Positions 1 to 8,253 of a DNA stretch of 64,000 bases are shown here, in pieces. The translations under genes and the position numbers were made by a program. Each line of letters starts with the position of its first letter. Within the stretch, counting starts at the first letter, position 1. A model generated the notes under the pieces. That model worked only from the letters and a program-made list of their open reading frames with translations, did no database searches and was not told the DNA's origin. This DNA comes from an uncultured Bacteroidaceae bacterium (lineage in GTDB: Bacteria; Bacillota; Clostridia; Christensenellales; CAG-917). The stretch is taken from NCBI GenBank assembly GCA_964550635.1, contig CAZJZV010000007.1, positions 5,722 to 69,721 of the forward strand, written 5' to 3'.

Positions 1-1156
1 ACCTTACGTGTCCGTCAAGGGGCGGAATGAGTTTCATAATCGTGCGGATGAGAGTTGATTTTCCAGAGCCGTTAGGTCCGATAATTCCGACCTTTTGCCC
101 CTTTTCGACAATGGTATTTATCTCTCCGAGCGGTTTTCCGTAACCGAAGGACAAGTGCTCCATAATCACCGTATTTCTCACGGTTTCGACGGTCGGTTGG
201 AACATTCCCTTGAATGTGGACTTGTCGTATCCGACGGGAATATCCACCTTTCCTATCCTTTCGATTTGTTTGAGTTTTGCCTGCGCCATAGCGGCTTTAT
301 GCGCCTTGTAGCGAAATCTATCCACGACTTTTTGCAGTCGTTCGATTTCCTTTTTGCGAAGGAGCGCGTCTTTCAACGCTTTGTCGTAGTTATCCTTTTT
401 CTGCTCGACGAAAGCGGAATAGTTACCGCTATATCTCGTCGTTTCGCCGTACTCGATTTCGTAGACGACGTTGACGATTTTGTCAAGGAACATTCTGTCG
501 TGGGACACGATAACGCAGGACTTTTTGTAGTCCGCAAGATACTTTTCAAGCCACTCGATTCCTTCAAGGTCCAAGTGGTTCGTAGGCTCGTCGAGAAGAA
601 GGACATCGGGTTTTGACAACAGAAGTTTCACAAGCGCGATTTTGGTTCGCTGTCCGCCCGAAAAACAAACGAGCGGTTTGTCAAGATCGTCGTCAGAAAA
701 ACCAAACTTCCTGACTGCGGTGAGATACTCCTTTTTGTAGGTGTAACCGCCTTCCCTTTCAAACCTTTCGTGCAAGCGAGAATACGCCGCCGCATTCTTC
801 TCGCTACCGTCGTTTTGCAGGACTTGAAGAGCGTCGTCCATAGCCTTTTCCACCGCGCGCAAATCCTGATATGCGGACAAAACTTCTTCCCGCATAGTGC
901 GTTTTTCGTCGTCGCGAGCGGTCTGTTTCAAAAAGCCGACGACAGGATTTCCGACCATAGTGAAAGACAGGTCGCTATCCCCTGTTCCTTTGACGAGATC
1001 GACTTCCCCCGTCAACGCTTTCAAAAGTGTGGTTTTCCCCGATCCGTTGCGCCCGACGAGCGCGATTTTCTCGTTGTCGTTCACGACGAAATCCACCCGT
1101 TCGAGCACGGGTATTCCGTCATATTCCACACTTCCGTTCGTGATAGCGATTCTCAT
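1..1156 (-). CDS. ABC-F family ATP-binding protein (partial, runs off left edge)
   Basis: Hand translation from ATG at 1156: MRIAITNGSVEYDGIPVLERVDFVVNDNEKIALVGRNGSGKTTLLK, with LLDEPTNHLD and a second Walker A (GIIGPNGSGKST). Not in the ORF track because it is truncated. Confidence 0.88.
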   Translation of the reverse strand, partial: MRIAITNGSVEYDGIPVLERVDFVVNDNEKIALVGRNGSGKTTLLKALTGEVDLVKGTGDSDLSFTMVGNPVVGFLKQTARDDEKRTMREEVLSAYQDLRAVEKAMDDALQVLQNDGSEKNAAAYSRLHERFEREGGYTYKKEYLTAVRKFGFSDDDLDKPLVCFSGGQRTKIALVKLLLSKPDVLLLDEPTNHLDLEGIEWLEKYLADYKKSCVIVSHDRMFLDKIVNVVYEIEYGETTRYSGNYSAFVEQKKDNYDKALKDALLRKKEIERLQKVVDRFRYKAHKAAMAQAKLKQIERIGKVDIPVGYDKSTFKGMFQPTVETVRNTVIMEHLSFGYGKPLGEINTIVEKGQKVGIIGPNGSGKSTLIRTIMKLIPPLDGHVR

Positions 1157-1192
1157 AAATTTGATTTTAACATTAAATGCAAAAAAAGACAA
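1157..1192 (-). promoter_or_regulatory. SigA-type promoter, leaderless start of the ABC-F gene
   Basis: Minus strand TTGTCT-17 bp-TAAAAT (TG-extended), then 7 nt and ATG; no SD sequence. Confidence 0.55.
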
Positions 1193-1196
1193 TATG

Positions 1197-1218
1197 AAAG
1201 ACGGCATTTGCCGTCTTT
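1197..1218 (-). terminator. Intrinsic terminator-like hairpin after the 523-aa gene
   Basis: AAAGACGGCA-TT-TGCCGTCTTT inverted repeat. Confidence 0.5.
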
Positions 1219-1299
1219 TCTGAACAATCATCTATTCTACGCACGTGCGCACGTGCAAAGCGCACAATATTCGCCTTGCACTTTGCCTACGCGTTAAAT

Positions 1300-2871
1300 C
1301 TAACAATAACGCTCGTCCAATGCTTTTTTGAAACCATTATGCGCCCCATAGCGTTCAAGTGCTTTTGCTCTCAAGTCGTACTTGAAATCCGTCATCGCGT
1401 CGAGAGAGTACACGTATGCCGCCGCATGCTCAACCCCGTCGATTTCTTCGCCGATCTTCGCACACGTGACGTCTATACCGCGCATGAGTACGCTTTCAAA
1501 ACATTCGTCGATATTGCAATGCTCGCGCACGTATTTTTGATACGCTTTCACGCCGTCAACAAGGACTTTTGAATTTTCGTAGAAGCACGGCTTGTAATAC
1601 GGATACTTGTCAGACATCACGTAGTCGCTAGGATAGGTCATATATTCCACTATACTTCTGACTTCGGATGCGCTCAAAGTCGAAACGTGATTTTCGACGT
1701 CGATGATCGCCGCGTCGTATTTGTTCATGCGATCGAATGCTCCCACCGCCGCCAAAGCGAGAAATCCCCAAGCGGTAAAATACTTGTACAAATAATCGCG
1801 AAATTCGATTCTGTTCGGTTGAAGTTCGATTGCTCTCAAGAATACGTTCAAATAGTAAGTCGGCGCGCTCATCTTCTTTTCAAGCACGATTTCTGCGAGT
1901 TTCAAAGCGTATTCGTCTTCGCTGCTCTCGTCCGCGTATTCATTGATGAATTTTTCATATATATACGGCTCGCGAACTACGTCGGCGATTTCCGCGTAGA
2001 AGTCGGCGTCGTCGATATAGTCGAGCAATTGACTGATCACCTTGACGTCGAATTTTTTGCTTGCGTATTCCCTTGTGAAAGGAACGAGCATTTTGATTAT
2101 ATCTTCCTTTTCGCAGTCGGAATAGTCGGCAATTTCACGGATATGGAAAAACTCAACACAGTTTTTGACGACGGCATAATCGCATTCGCTATCATATTCG
2201 TCTACCGCTTGTTCGAATTTTACACTCGCAACAGGGAGCGAACAAACAAGGGGTGCAGTCGGAAATTCTCTTTCACTTTCGGTTTTGTGATATATCTCGA
2301 GCACTGTTTTTTTGCGGTCTTTATTGTCGGGATCGTTGATCATCGGGCGATGGACGACGTCGACGATAAAACGCAATTCTTCATCTCCGCAACGGAGAGT
2401 AAGAGAATCGTTGTCGCATATATTTCTCAACTCGGGCAAATTGTCAAGATAAATCGGATTTTTCGTTTTTGCCGACTCGAAAGTTTTCCCGTCCACAGTC
2501 ACGGCGAAGTCTTCGACTTCGTATCCTTCCGCGGTGAACGTATAGGGATCGAGTCCGTCTTGCGGGATGCAGAGGGATTCTTCCGCAATATCGGAATGGA
2601 ATGAGAACAAAGCATAATCCCACTCGCCCGTTTTGCCGTAGGCTTCCGCCATAATTCCGCCCCAATAGCGACTCGAAAAAATACGCTCCTTACCGTCGCT
2701 CAAAACGGGGACGCAGTTTTCATGCTCTTGATGATGCCAACCGCTAAAAAGATATTTATGTTTTCTGATTTCGTCGATGATAGCGTATTTTTCCGCATCG
2801 GTAACGTAATTATCAACGTAGGAAAAATCCCTCGAATCGTAAGTGGTCCAACCGACAACTCTACATTTCAT
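1300..2871 (-). CDS. Hypothetical multidomain protein (523 aa)
   Basis: Long ORF with AAGGAGG RBS and upstream TATAAT; no family recognised with confidence. Confidence 0.8.
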   Translation of the reverse strand: MKCRVVGWTTYDSRDFSYVDNYVTDAEKYAIIDEIRKHKYLFSGWHHQEHENCVPVLSDGKERIFSSRYWGGIMAEAYGKTGEWDYALFSFHSDIAEESLCIPQDGLDPYTFTAEGYEVEDFAVTVDGKTFESAKTKNPIYLDNLPELRNICDNDSLTLRCGDEELRFIVDVVHRPMINDPDNKDRKKTVLEIYHKTESEREFPTAPLVCSLPVASVKFEQAVDEYDSECDYAVVKNCVEFFHIREIADYSDCEKEDIIKMLVPFTREYASKKFDVKVISQLLDYIDDADFYAEIADVVREPYIYEKFINEYADESSEDEYALKLAEIVLEKKMSAPTYYLNVFLRAIELQPNRIEFRDYLYKYFTAWGFLALAAVGAFDRMNKYDAAIIDVENHVSTLSASEVRSIVEYMTYPSDYVMSDKYPYYKPCFYENSKVLVDGVKAYQKYVREHCNIDECFESVLMRGIDVTCAKIGEEIDGVEHAAAYVYSLDAMTDFKYDLRAKALERYGAHNGFKKALDERYC

Positions 2872-3080
2872 GATGAATACCTCCTTAATTTTCCAAGACG
2901 ATTATATCAAATTCTTTTCAATAGTTCAATAGAATAAAATGCGCGCGCAAAAAATCACAATCCTTGACTCAACAATCTCATACTGAAATCATATCGCCCG
3001 CATCAAAAAGTCTTGCAATATTAGCGTCATTTCCTATTGAGAGTTTTTGTGAAAAACCACAATTTTACGAACTTGCTTGT

Positions 3081-3111
3081 AAAAAATAAGGCTATGATTT
3101 CATAGCCTTTT
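3081..3111 (-). terminator. Intrinsic terminator after rlmD
   Basis: AAGGCTATG-ATTT-CATAGCCTT hairpin followed by a T-rich tract on the minus strand. Confidence 0.65.
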
Positions 3112-3113
3112 CG

Positions 3114-4466
3114 TTATTTCGCGGTTTTTTCAAGCACTGCGTAGGTCTCCACGTTTGAAGTTTGCGGAAACATATCGTAGGGTTGGACGGATTTCAAGGT
3201 GTAGCCGTTTTCGGTCAAACGTTTTATATCCCTTGCAAGAGTTGCGGGATTGCAGGAAACGTATGCAACGAGTTCAAACCCGGCGGATATAATTCCGTCA
3301 ATGGTGTCTTGTGAGCAACCTTTTCTCGGCGGATCGAGCACGATAGCACGCTTGCCCGCTTTTTCCGAATGGGATTTCATAAACTCCCCTGCATCACCGA
3401 GTTCACAAGTTACTCTGTCGTCCACCCCGAGTTTTTTCATAAGGTTCTTTGCGTCTTCGACCGCTTCGGGCACGATTTCGACTGACGTGATTTTCGCATC
3501 TTTCAACCTGACTGCAAGTTGAGCGGTCAAGATTCCGACACCCGAATAGAGTTCAACGATATTTCCGTCGAAGTCTGCAAGAGTGCTTGCGACGTCGTCG
3601 TAAATCGCGTCTCTGATTTTGTCGTTGACTTGCAAGAAACTGCAAGGCGACACCTTTGCACTGAATGCGCCGAGATTTTGTTCTCTCTCTTGTCCCGCAA
3701 TCAACGTCACTCCGTCCGTCATTATGACGTTCGTGTTTTTCTTGTTCACGGACACGTAGAGCGCAAAATTTTGAAAAGCGTTTTCGAGTCTTTTTGCAAG
3801 GTCGCTTGCGTAGGGCAAAGTGTCCCCGTTTATCACAACGACCGCGGACAAAAAGTTCGTCATTCTTGCAACGAGATGACGAAGAAGACCTTTCCCCGTT
3901 TTCTCATCGTAGACGGACAAACCGTGTTCGTTTGCCCATTCGGTGACGACTGATATGAGAGTTGCCGCGCTATCGCCGTTCAATGCGCAATGCTTGAGAG
4001 ACACGACTTTATGGGTGCGTTTTTCGAAAAACCCAAGCACGATTTTCTTTTCGCCGTTCACTCCAAACGGCAGAGAAAGCTTGTTTCTATACCCCCACTC
4101 GTTCAAAGACTTGACAGGGGGAACGGGGAAATCTATACCGCCGTTTCGAGACAGACTTCTTTCCACAAACTGCCGTTTCGTTTGCATTTGGAGAGCGTGG
4201 GACATATGTTGCAAGTCGCAACCGCCACACTTACCGAAATAGCAACAACGGGGTTTTACACGCTCGTTTGACGGAGATAAAACCTCGATTAAGTCACCAA
4301 ACGCAACGTCTTTCTTCACGTAGTTGAGTCTGACTCGCACCTTTTCTCCAGGGAGCGCAAAGGGTACGAAAATAGGAAATGCGCCGTATTTTACGACGCC
4401 TTCTCCTTCTATTCCGAGGTCAACGACCTCGCATTCGATTATATCTCCGACGAGAAGATCAATCAT
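3114..4466 (-). CDS. rlmD: 23S rRNA (uracil-C5)-methyltransferase RlmD family
   Basis: N-terminal TRAM domain, C..fgkCGGCdlQH Fe-S motif, SFLQVN, LDPPRKG, YVSCNPATLARD, DMFPQT. Confidence 0.93.
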   Translation of the reverse strand: MIDLLVGDIIECEVVDLGIEGEGVVKYGAFPIFVPFALPGEKVRVRLNYVKKDVAFGDLIEVLSPSNERVKPRCCYFGKCGGCDLQHMSHALQMQTKRQFVERSLSRNGGIDFPVPPVKSLNEWGYRNKLSLPFGVNGEKKIVLGFFEKRTHKVVSLKHCALNGDSAATLISVVTEWANEHGLSVYDEKTGKGLLRHLVARMTNFLSAVVVINGDTLPYASDLAKRLENAFQNFALYVSVNKKNTNVIMTDGVTLIAGQEREQNLGAFSAKVSPCSFLQVNDKIRDAIYDDVASTLADFDGNIVELYSGVGILTAQLAVRLKDAKITSVEIVPEAVEDAKNLMKKLGVDDRVTCELGDAGEFMKSHSEKAGKRAIVLDPPRKGCSQDTIDGIISAGFELVAYVSCNPATLARDIKRLTENGYTLKSVQPYDMFPQTSNVETYAVLEKTAK

Positions 4467-5611
4467 TTGCTTTTGTGTTCAAGAGACTTTTTGACTCTCT
4501 CGAAATTCGCACTCATATCAACGCCCGCTTTTTCTTCGGAGCGACGATACCAATCCATAAGCAAGGTCATATCGTGGCGCGCGGGTGCAAAGGGAGTGCG
4601 CAACACGTAGCAGTGCATATTGTTGAGAATATTCTTCCCGACTTTGTATTCGTTTTGAACGCCCGCCGCGGTGAGTTTTTTCGCCATACGTTTTGCTTCG
4701 CCAAGGCACAAAAGGTCGAGTCCGCCGCCGTTGTTGTAGGATTCGGGGAATTCTTTGGTGAGATAGTTATACGGAATGGATTCCTTATAAAACTCCCAAC
4801 TTCTAAATTCCTTTCTCGACTTTCTACCACTGAAATATCTGACCATAAGGGTGTGCGTACAAGGTATTCTGTACATGGTTTCAAAACTGAACGCGCCCGA
4901 TATGAAGATACATCTTTTGATCTTGACTTTCATTTCGGGAAGACCGAGTTTCTTGCCGTATTCGGGGACTGAAGACGCGCAACCCGCACACGCGGAAAGG
5001 TGTCCGCCCGAACTATCGCCGGTGATTGTTACGTCGTTCAAGTCAAGGTTGAATTCATCCTTTATGGTTTCAAGGAAGTTGAGTGCGTCGACGACGTCCT
5101 TCAAATTTTCGGGGAAGAAAACTTCGGGGGCGAGTCTATGGTCGATAACGCACACGACTGCGCCCATTGCGGCAAACAGTCTTGCATATCCGTCACGGCG
5201 CGGACGATTGTGGATAACCCAACCGCCACCCGGCACGTCCACGACGACGGGATTTTTCTCCCCTACGGTCACGGACGGAAGATATATATCCATAACGAGT
5301 TGTTGTCCGTCGATTTCCTTGTAGACGACGTCCCTGACGATTTTGATTTCCTTATTGAAAGCGGTTTTGGAGTTAGGAAGCGACCTGCTCTCTTCGGCGA
5401 CGTCGAAAATATCTGCCATAAGCGGATAGCGGAACATACCGAATTTTTTTCTGAACGCTTTGCATTGAGCCTTATCGTTCGCTTTCCATTCTTTAATTTT
5501 GTTGATTGCGTCGGGATTTCCCGATTTCAAAACCTGCTTATACTTCTTTGAATTAGCGATATGGTCGTTCCAATAAACGTAATGTTCTTCAGTCGCGTAC
5601 TTTCTTTCCAT
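4463..5611 (-). CDS. Alpha/beta hydrolase (HSL-like esterase/lipase)
   Basis: DIYLP, PGGGW oxyanion loop, DHRLAPE, GDSSGG nucleophile elbow, C-terminal His (MHCY). Confidence 0.85.
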   Translation of the reverse strand: MERKYATEEHYVYWNDHIANSKKYKQVLKSGNPDAINKIKEWKANDKAQCKAFRKKFGMFRYPLMADIFDVAEESRSLPNSKTAFNKEIKIVRDVVYKEIDGQQLVMDIYLPSVTVGEKNPVVVDVPGGGWVIHNRPRRDGYARLFAAMGAVVCVIDHRLAPEVFFPENLKDVVDALNFLETIKDEFNLDLNDVTITGDSSGGHLSACAGCASSVPEYGKKLGLPEMKVKIKRCIFISGAFSFETMYRIPCTHTLMVRYFSGRKSRKEFRSWEFYKESIPYNYLTKEFPESYNNGGGLDLLCLGEAKRMAKKLTAAGVQNEYKVGKNILNNMHCYVLRTPFAPARHDMTLLMDWYRRSEEKAGVDMSANFERVKKSLEHKSK

Positions 5612-5626
5612 ACTTCCTCCAAAGCA

Positions 5627-5649
5627 AAATACGGCATATAGCCGTATTT
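5627..5649 (-). terminator. Terminator-like hairpin after pfp
   Basis: AAATACGGC-ATATA-GCCGTATTT inverted repeat. Confidence 0.55.
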
Positions 5650-5655
5650 CACCAC

Positions 5656-6900
5656 TTATTTTTGTGCGTAAACTTTTTTGAGTTGAGAGAATCTCGGCAA
5701 ACCGTCTTCGAGCGGTGCTTTTGCGTCTCCTTGGATGAGCGGGAGCGCGTACTTGACGTACTCTTCGCTGACGCCCTTACCGTCGTTGGTTATCCAATTG
5801 AGAGGGACGGTTTTTTCGGTGTTGGCGGCGAGTTCAAGGGGCATAAGGACGGGTTTGCAAGAATATTCTTCGCTGGAATAATCTCTTTCAAAGATGACCA
5901 TTTTATCCGTTTCGCCCGCGACCGCGCTTCTGACTGCGAACGCACCTGCTTCAAACGCTTCTTCGACGTCCACTTTGCTTGCAAGGTGTGCTCCGCAACG
6001 TTGCATAAGACTGAGTTCGATAGGACGGACTTTCACGCCGAGTTCTTTCTTGATGAGTCCCGCGAGTTTTGCGGCAAGACCGCCGAGTTCCGCATGACCG
6101 AACAAGTCGTTTGCGCCGACTTTGCTTTCGGAAACGTAGTTGCCGTCTTTGTCCTTGATGCCTTCGGATACGACGACGATACATTTATTGTTGTTCTTCG
6201 AGCAAACTTCTCTGACGTCTTCGACGAATTGTTTGACGTCGAAGGGGACTTCGGGAAGATAGATAAGATCCGCGCCGAGTCCTTTGTAGTTTGCGAGTTC
6301 CGCCGCGGCGGTGAGCCAACCAGCGTTTCTGCCCATCGCTTCGATGACGCAAACAAGACCGAAGTTGTAGACTTTCGCATCGAGATTGCATTCCATGACG
6401 GTGGTTGCGATATATTTTGCCGCGCTTGCATAGCCGGGGCAATGGTCGGTGCCGTAAAGGTCGTTGTCGATAGTCTTGGGCACGCCGATGACGTTGCAGT
6501 CGTAGCCGACGGATTGCAAATATTTGCTTATCTTGTTGCAAGTGTCCATACTGTCGTTTCCGCCGTTGTAGAAGAAGTAGCGGATATTATATTTGCTGAA
6601 CACTTCGAGAATGCGTTTATAATCGGTGTCGTCAACCGCCGCGTCTTTGAGTTTGTATCTCGCAGAGCCGAGTGCGCTCGACGGAGTGTATTTGAGAAGT
6701 TCGATTTCTCTGGGGTCTTCTTTGCCCATATCGTAGAATTTCTCGTTGAGAATGCCGACGATACCGTGTTCCGCGCCGTAAACCGCGGTGATGTTGCCTT
6801 GTCTCAAAGCCTCGGTGAATACGCCCGCCGCGCTACTGTTGATGACGGAGGTAGGACCGCCGCTTTGTCCGAACATACATGCTCCAACCAAATTTTTCAT
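5656..6900 (-). CDS. pfp: 6-phosphofructokinase, PPi-dependent type
   Basis: GQSGGPTSVIN, GGND (Asp at the PPi/ATP discriminating position), PKTIDND, MGR motifs. Confidence 0.85.
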   Translation of the reverse strand: MKNLVGACMFGQSGGPTSVINSSAAGVFTEALRQGNITAVYGAEHGIVGILNEKFYDMGKEDPREIELLKYTPSSALGSARYKLKDAAVDDTDYKRILEVFSKYNIRYFFYNGGNDSMDTCNKISKYLQSVGYDCNVIGVPKTIDNDLYGTDHCPGYASAAKYIATTVMECNLDAKVYNFGLVCVIEAMGRNAGWLTAAAELANYKGLGADLIYLPEVPFDVKQFVEDVREVCSKNNNKCIVVVSEGIKDKDGNYVSESKVGANDLFGHAELGGLAAKLAGLIKKELGVKVRPIELSLMQRCGAHLASKVDVEEAFEAGAFAVRSAVAGETDKMVIFERDYSSEEYSCKPVLMPLELAANTEKTVPLNWITNDGKGVSEEYVKYALPLIQGDAKAPLEDGLPRFSQLKKVYAQK

Positions 6901-6930
6901 ATGAATCTCCTAAATTATACTGCGTGTTTA

Positions 6931-7908
6931 TTATTTACTGATGAGAGTCGAGATATTGTATATCTGCTCGTTGAAGGTCTTGGGGGTATTGAGTGCTTCG
7001 CTGACGGTCATATCGATGAGGTTTCCACCGCGAATGCCGACGACTCTACCGCTTTGTCCGTCGTCGATGAGGTCGACCGCTCTGACTGCAAGACGAGATG
7101 CAAGCACTCTGTCGCTCATTGTAGGAATACCGCCTCTTTGGATATAACTGAGTGCGATATGGTTGATGGTTTTGCCGGTCGCTTCCCCGACTTTCTTCAT
7201 AAGTTCGTCTTTGATGTCGTTTCTGCCTTCCGCAAGGACGATGATAGTGGAAGTCTTGCCCTTTTCAAAGCCTTCCTTGACACTCTTTGCGATAGCGTCC
7301 ACGTCAACGGGTGCTTCGGGAAGAATGACGTATTCCGCTCCGCCTGCAAGAGACGTGTAGAGAGCGATGTCACCGCAATGACGTCCCATAACTTCGAGAA
7401 CCATTATTCTGTCGTGAGAAGTGATGGTGTCGCGGAGTTTCAAAATCGCGTCGAGAACGGTGTTGCAAGCGGTGTCGAAACCGATCGTGTAGTCCGTGTA
7501 ACCCATATCGTTGTCGATAGTGCCGGGGATGCCGATGACTCTCAAATCCGTCATCTTGTGCAGGTCGCGCAGACCGCGGAAAGAACCGTCGCCACCAATG
7601 ACGATAAGGGAATCGCAACCGCGTTTTAGAAGGTTGTTAGCCGCGGCTTTGAGCACTTCGGGATCCTTGAAATCACCGCTTCTACCCGTGCGGAGAATGG
7701 TACCGCCGGTATGCACGCAGTTTGAAACACTGCTATATTGCATCTCGAATATATCGTCGTTCACAAGACCTACGTAGCCGTGGCGAACACCGTAAACCGT
7801 GTAGCCCTTGGAAAGAGCGTATCTGACGGCGGCGCGGATACCCGCGTTCATTCCGGAGGAATCACCACCGCTAGTAAGGATTGCTAATTTCTTTTCTTTT
7901 CGTGCCAT
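6931..7908 (-). CDS. pfkA: ATP-dependent 6-phosphofructokinase
   Basis: LTSGGD, GGDGS, PGTIDND, EVMGR. Start moved to ATG 7908 behind the GAGGTG RBS. Confidence 0.92.
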   Translation of the reverse strand: MARKEKKLAILTSGGDSSGMNAGIRAAVRYALSKGYTVYGVRHGYVGLVNDDIFEMQYSSVSNCVHTGGTILRTGRSGDFKDPEVLKAAANNLLKRGCDSLIVIGGDGSFRGLRDLHKMTDLRVIGIPGTIDNDMGYTDYTIGFDTACNTVLDAILKLRDTITSHDRIMVLEVMGRHCGDIALYTSLAGGAEYVILPEAPVDVDAIAKSVKEGFEKGKTSTIIVLAEGRNDIKDELMKKVGEATGKTINHIALSYIQRGGIPTMSDRVLASRLAVRAVDLIDDGQSGRVVGIRGGNLIDMTVSEALNTPKTFNEQIYNISTLISK

Positions 7909-7939
7909 AATACACCTCAAAAATGTTCACTGTTAAACA

Positions 7940-7968
7940 TTCTAACACACGCCCGCGTATAAATCAAT
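7940..7968 (-). promoter_or_regulatory. SigA-type promoter of pfkA-pfp
   Basis: TTGATT-17 bp-TAGAAT with a TG extension on the minus strand. Confidence 0.5.
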
Positions 7969-8046
7969 AATGAATTTCTAAAATTATTAAATAATATTAT
8001 AAAGACCGCGTGAAAATAAAATATTCTATGGTGCCGTCCCGAACTC

Positions 8047-8090
8047 ATTTCTCTGTCATTCCGAGCGTAGCGTGGGAATGACAGAGAAAT
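8047..8090. repeat. REP-like repeat family B, collapsed inverted pair
   Basis: ATTTCTCTGTCATTCC-GAGCGTAGCGTG-GGAATGACAGAGAAAT; shares TGTCATTCCGAGCG.AGCGT.GGAAT with copies at 18072, 37596 and 37939. Confidence 0.8.
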
Positions 8091-8107
8091 TTAACTAAAA
8101 ATCCACA

Positions 8108-8253
8108 ATATGCAGACGGTGTCGCTAAAAGCGACTGTCGTCTGCATATATCATGCTTGCGAAGCAAGTATATCATATTGCGATAGCAATATATCATATG
8201 CGACCGAGTCGCATATATCATTGAAAAAGCACTCCGCTCGGAGTGCTTTTTCA
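8108..8253. repeat. Five-hairpin array with ATATCAT linkers (copy 1)
   Basis: Hairpins at 8108-8149, 8155-8169, 8177-8190, 8198-8214 and 8222-8253; ATATCAT at 8148, 8170, 8191 and 8215. The last hairpin is terminator-like and abuts the dnaE stop. Confidence 0.85.

Noticed and set aside
3047-3062. TTGTG-AAAAAC-CACAA as a Rex operator
   Set aside because: Spacing is shorter than the 18-bp Rex box and the position is not clearly at a promoter.
8108-8253. ATATCAT arrays as CRISPR or mini-CRISPR
   Set aside because: The constant part is only 7 nt and the variable parts are 14-18 nt self-complementary stems, the reverse of CRISPR organisation; no cas genes in the window.
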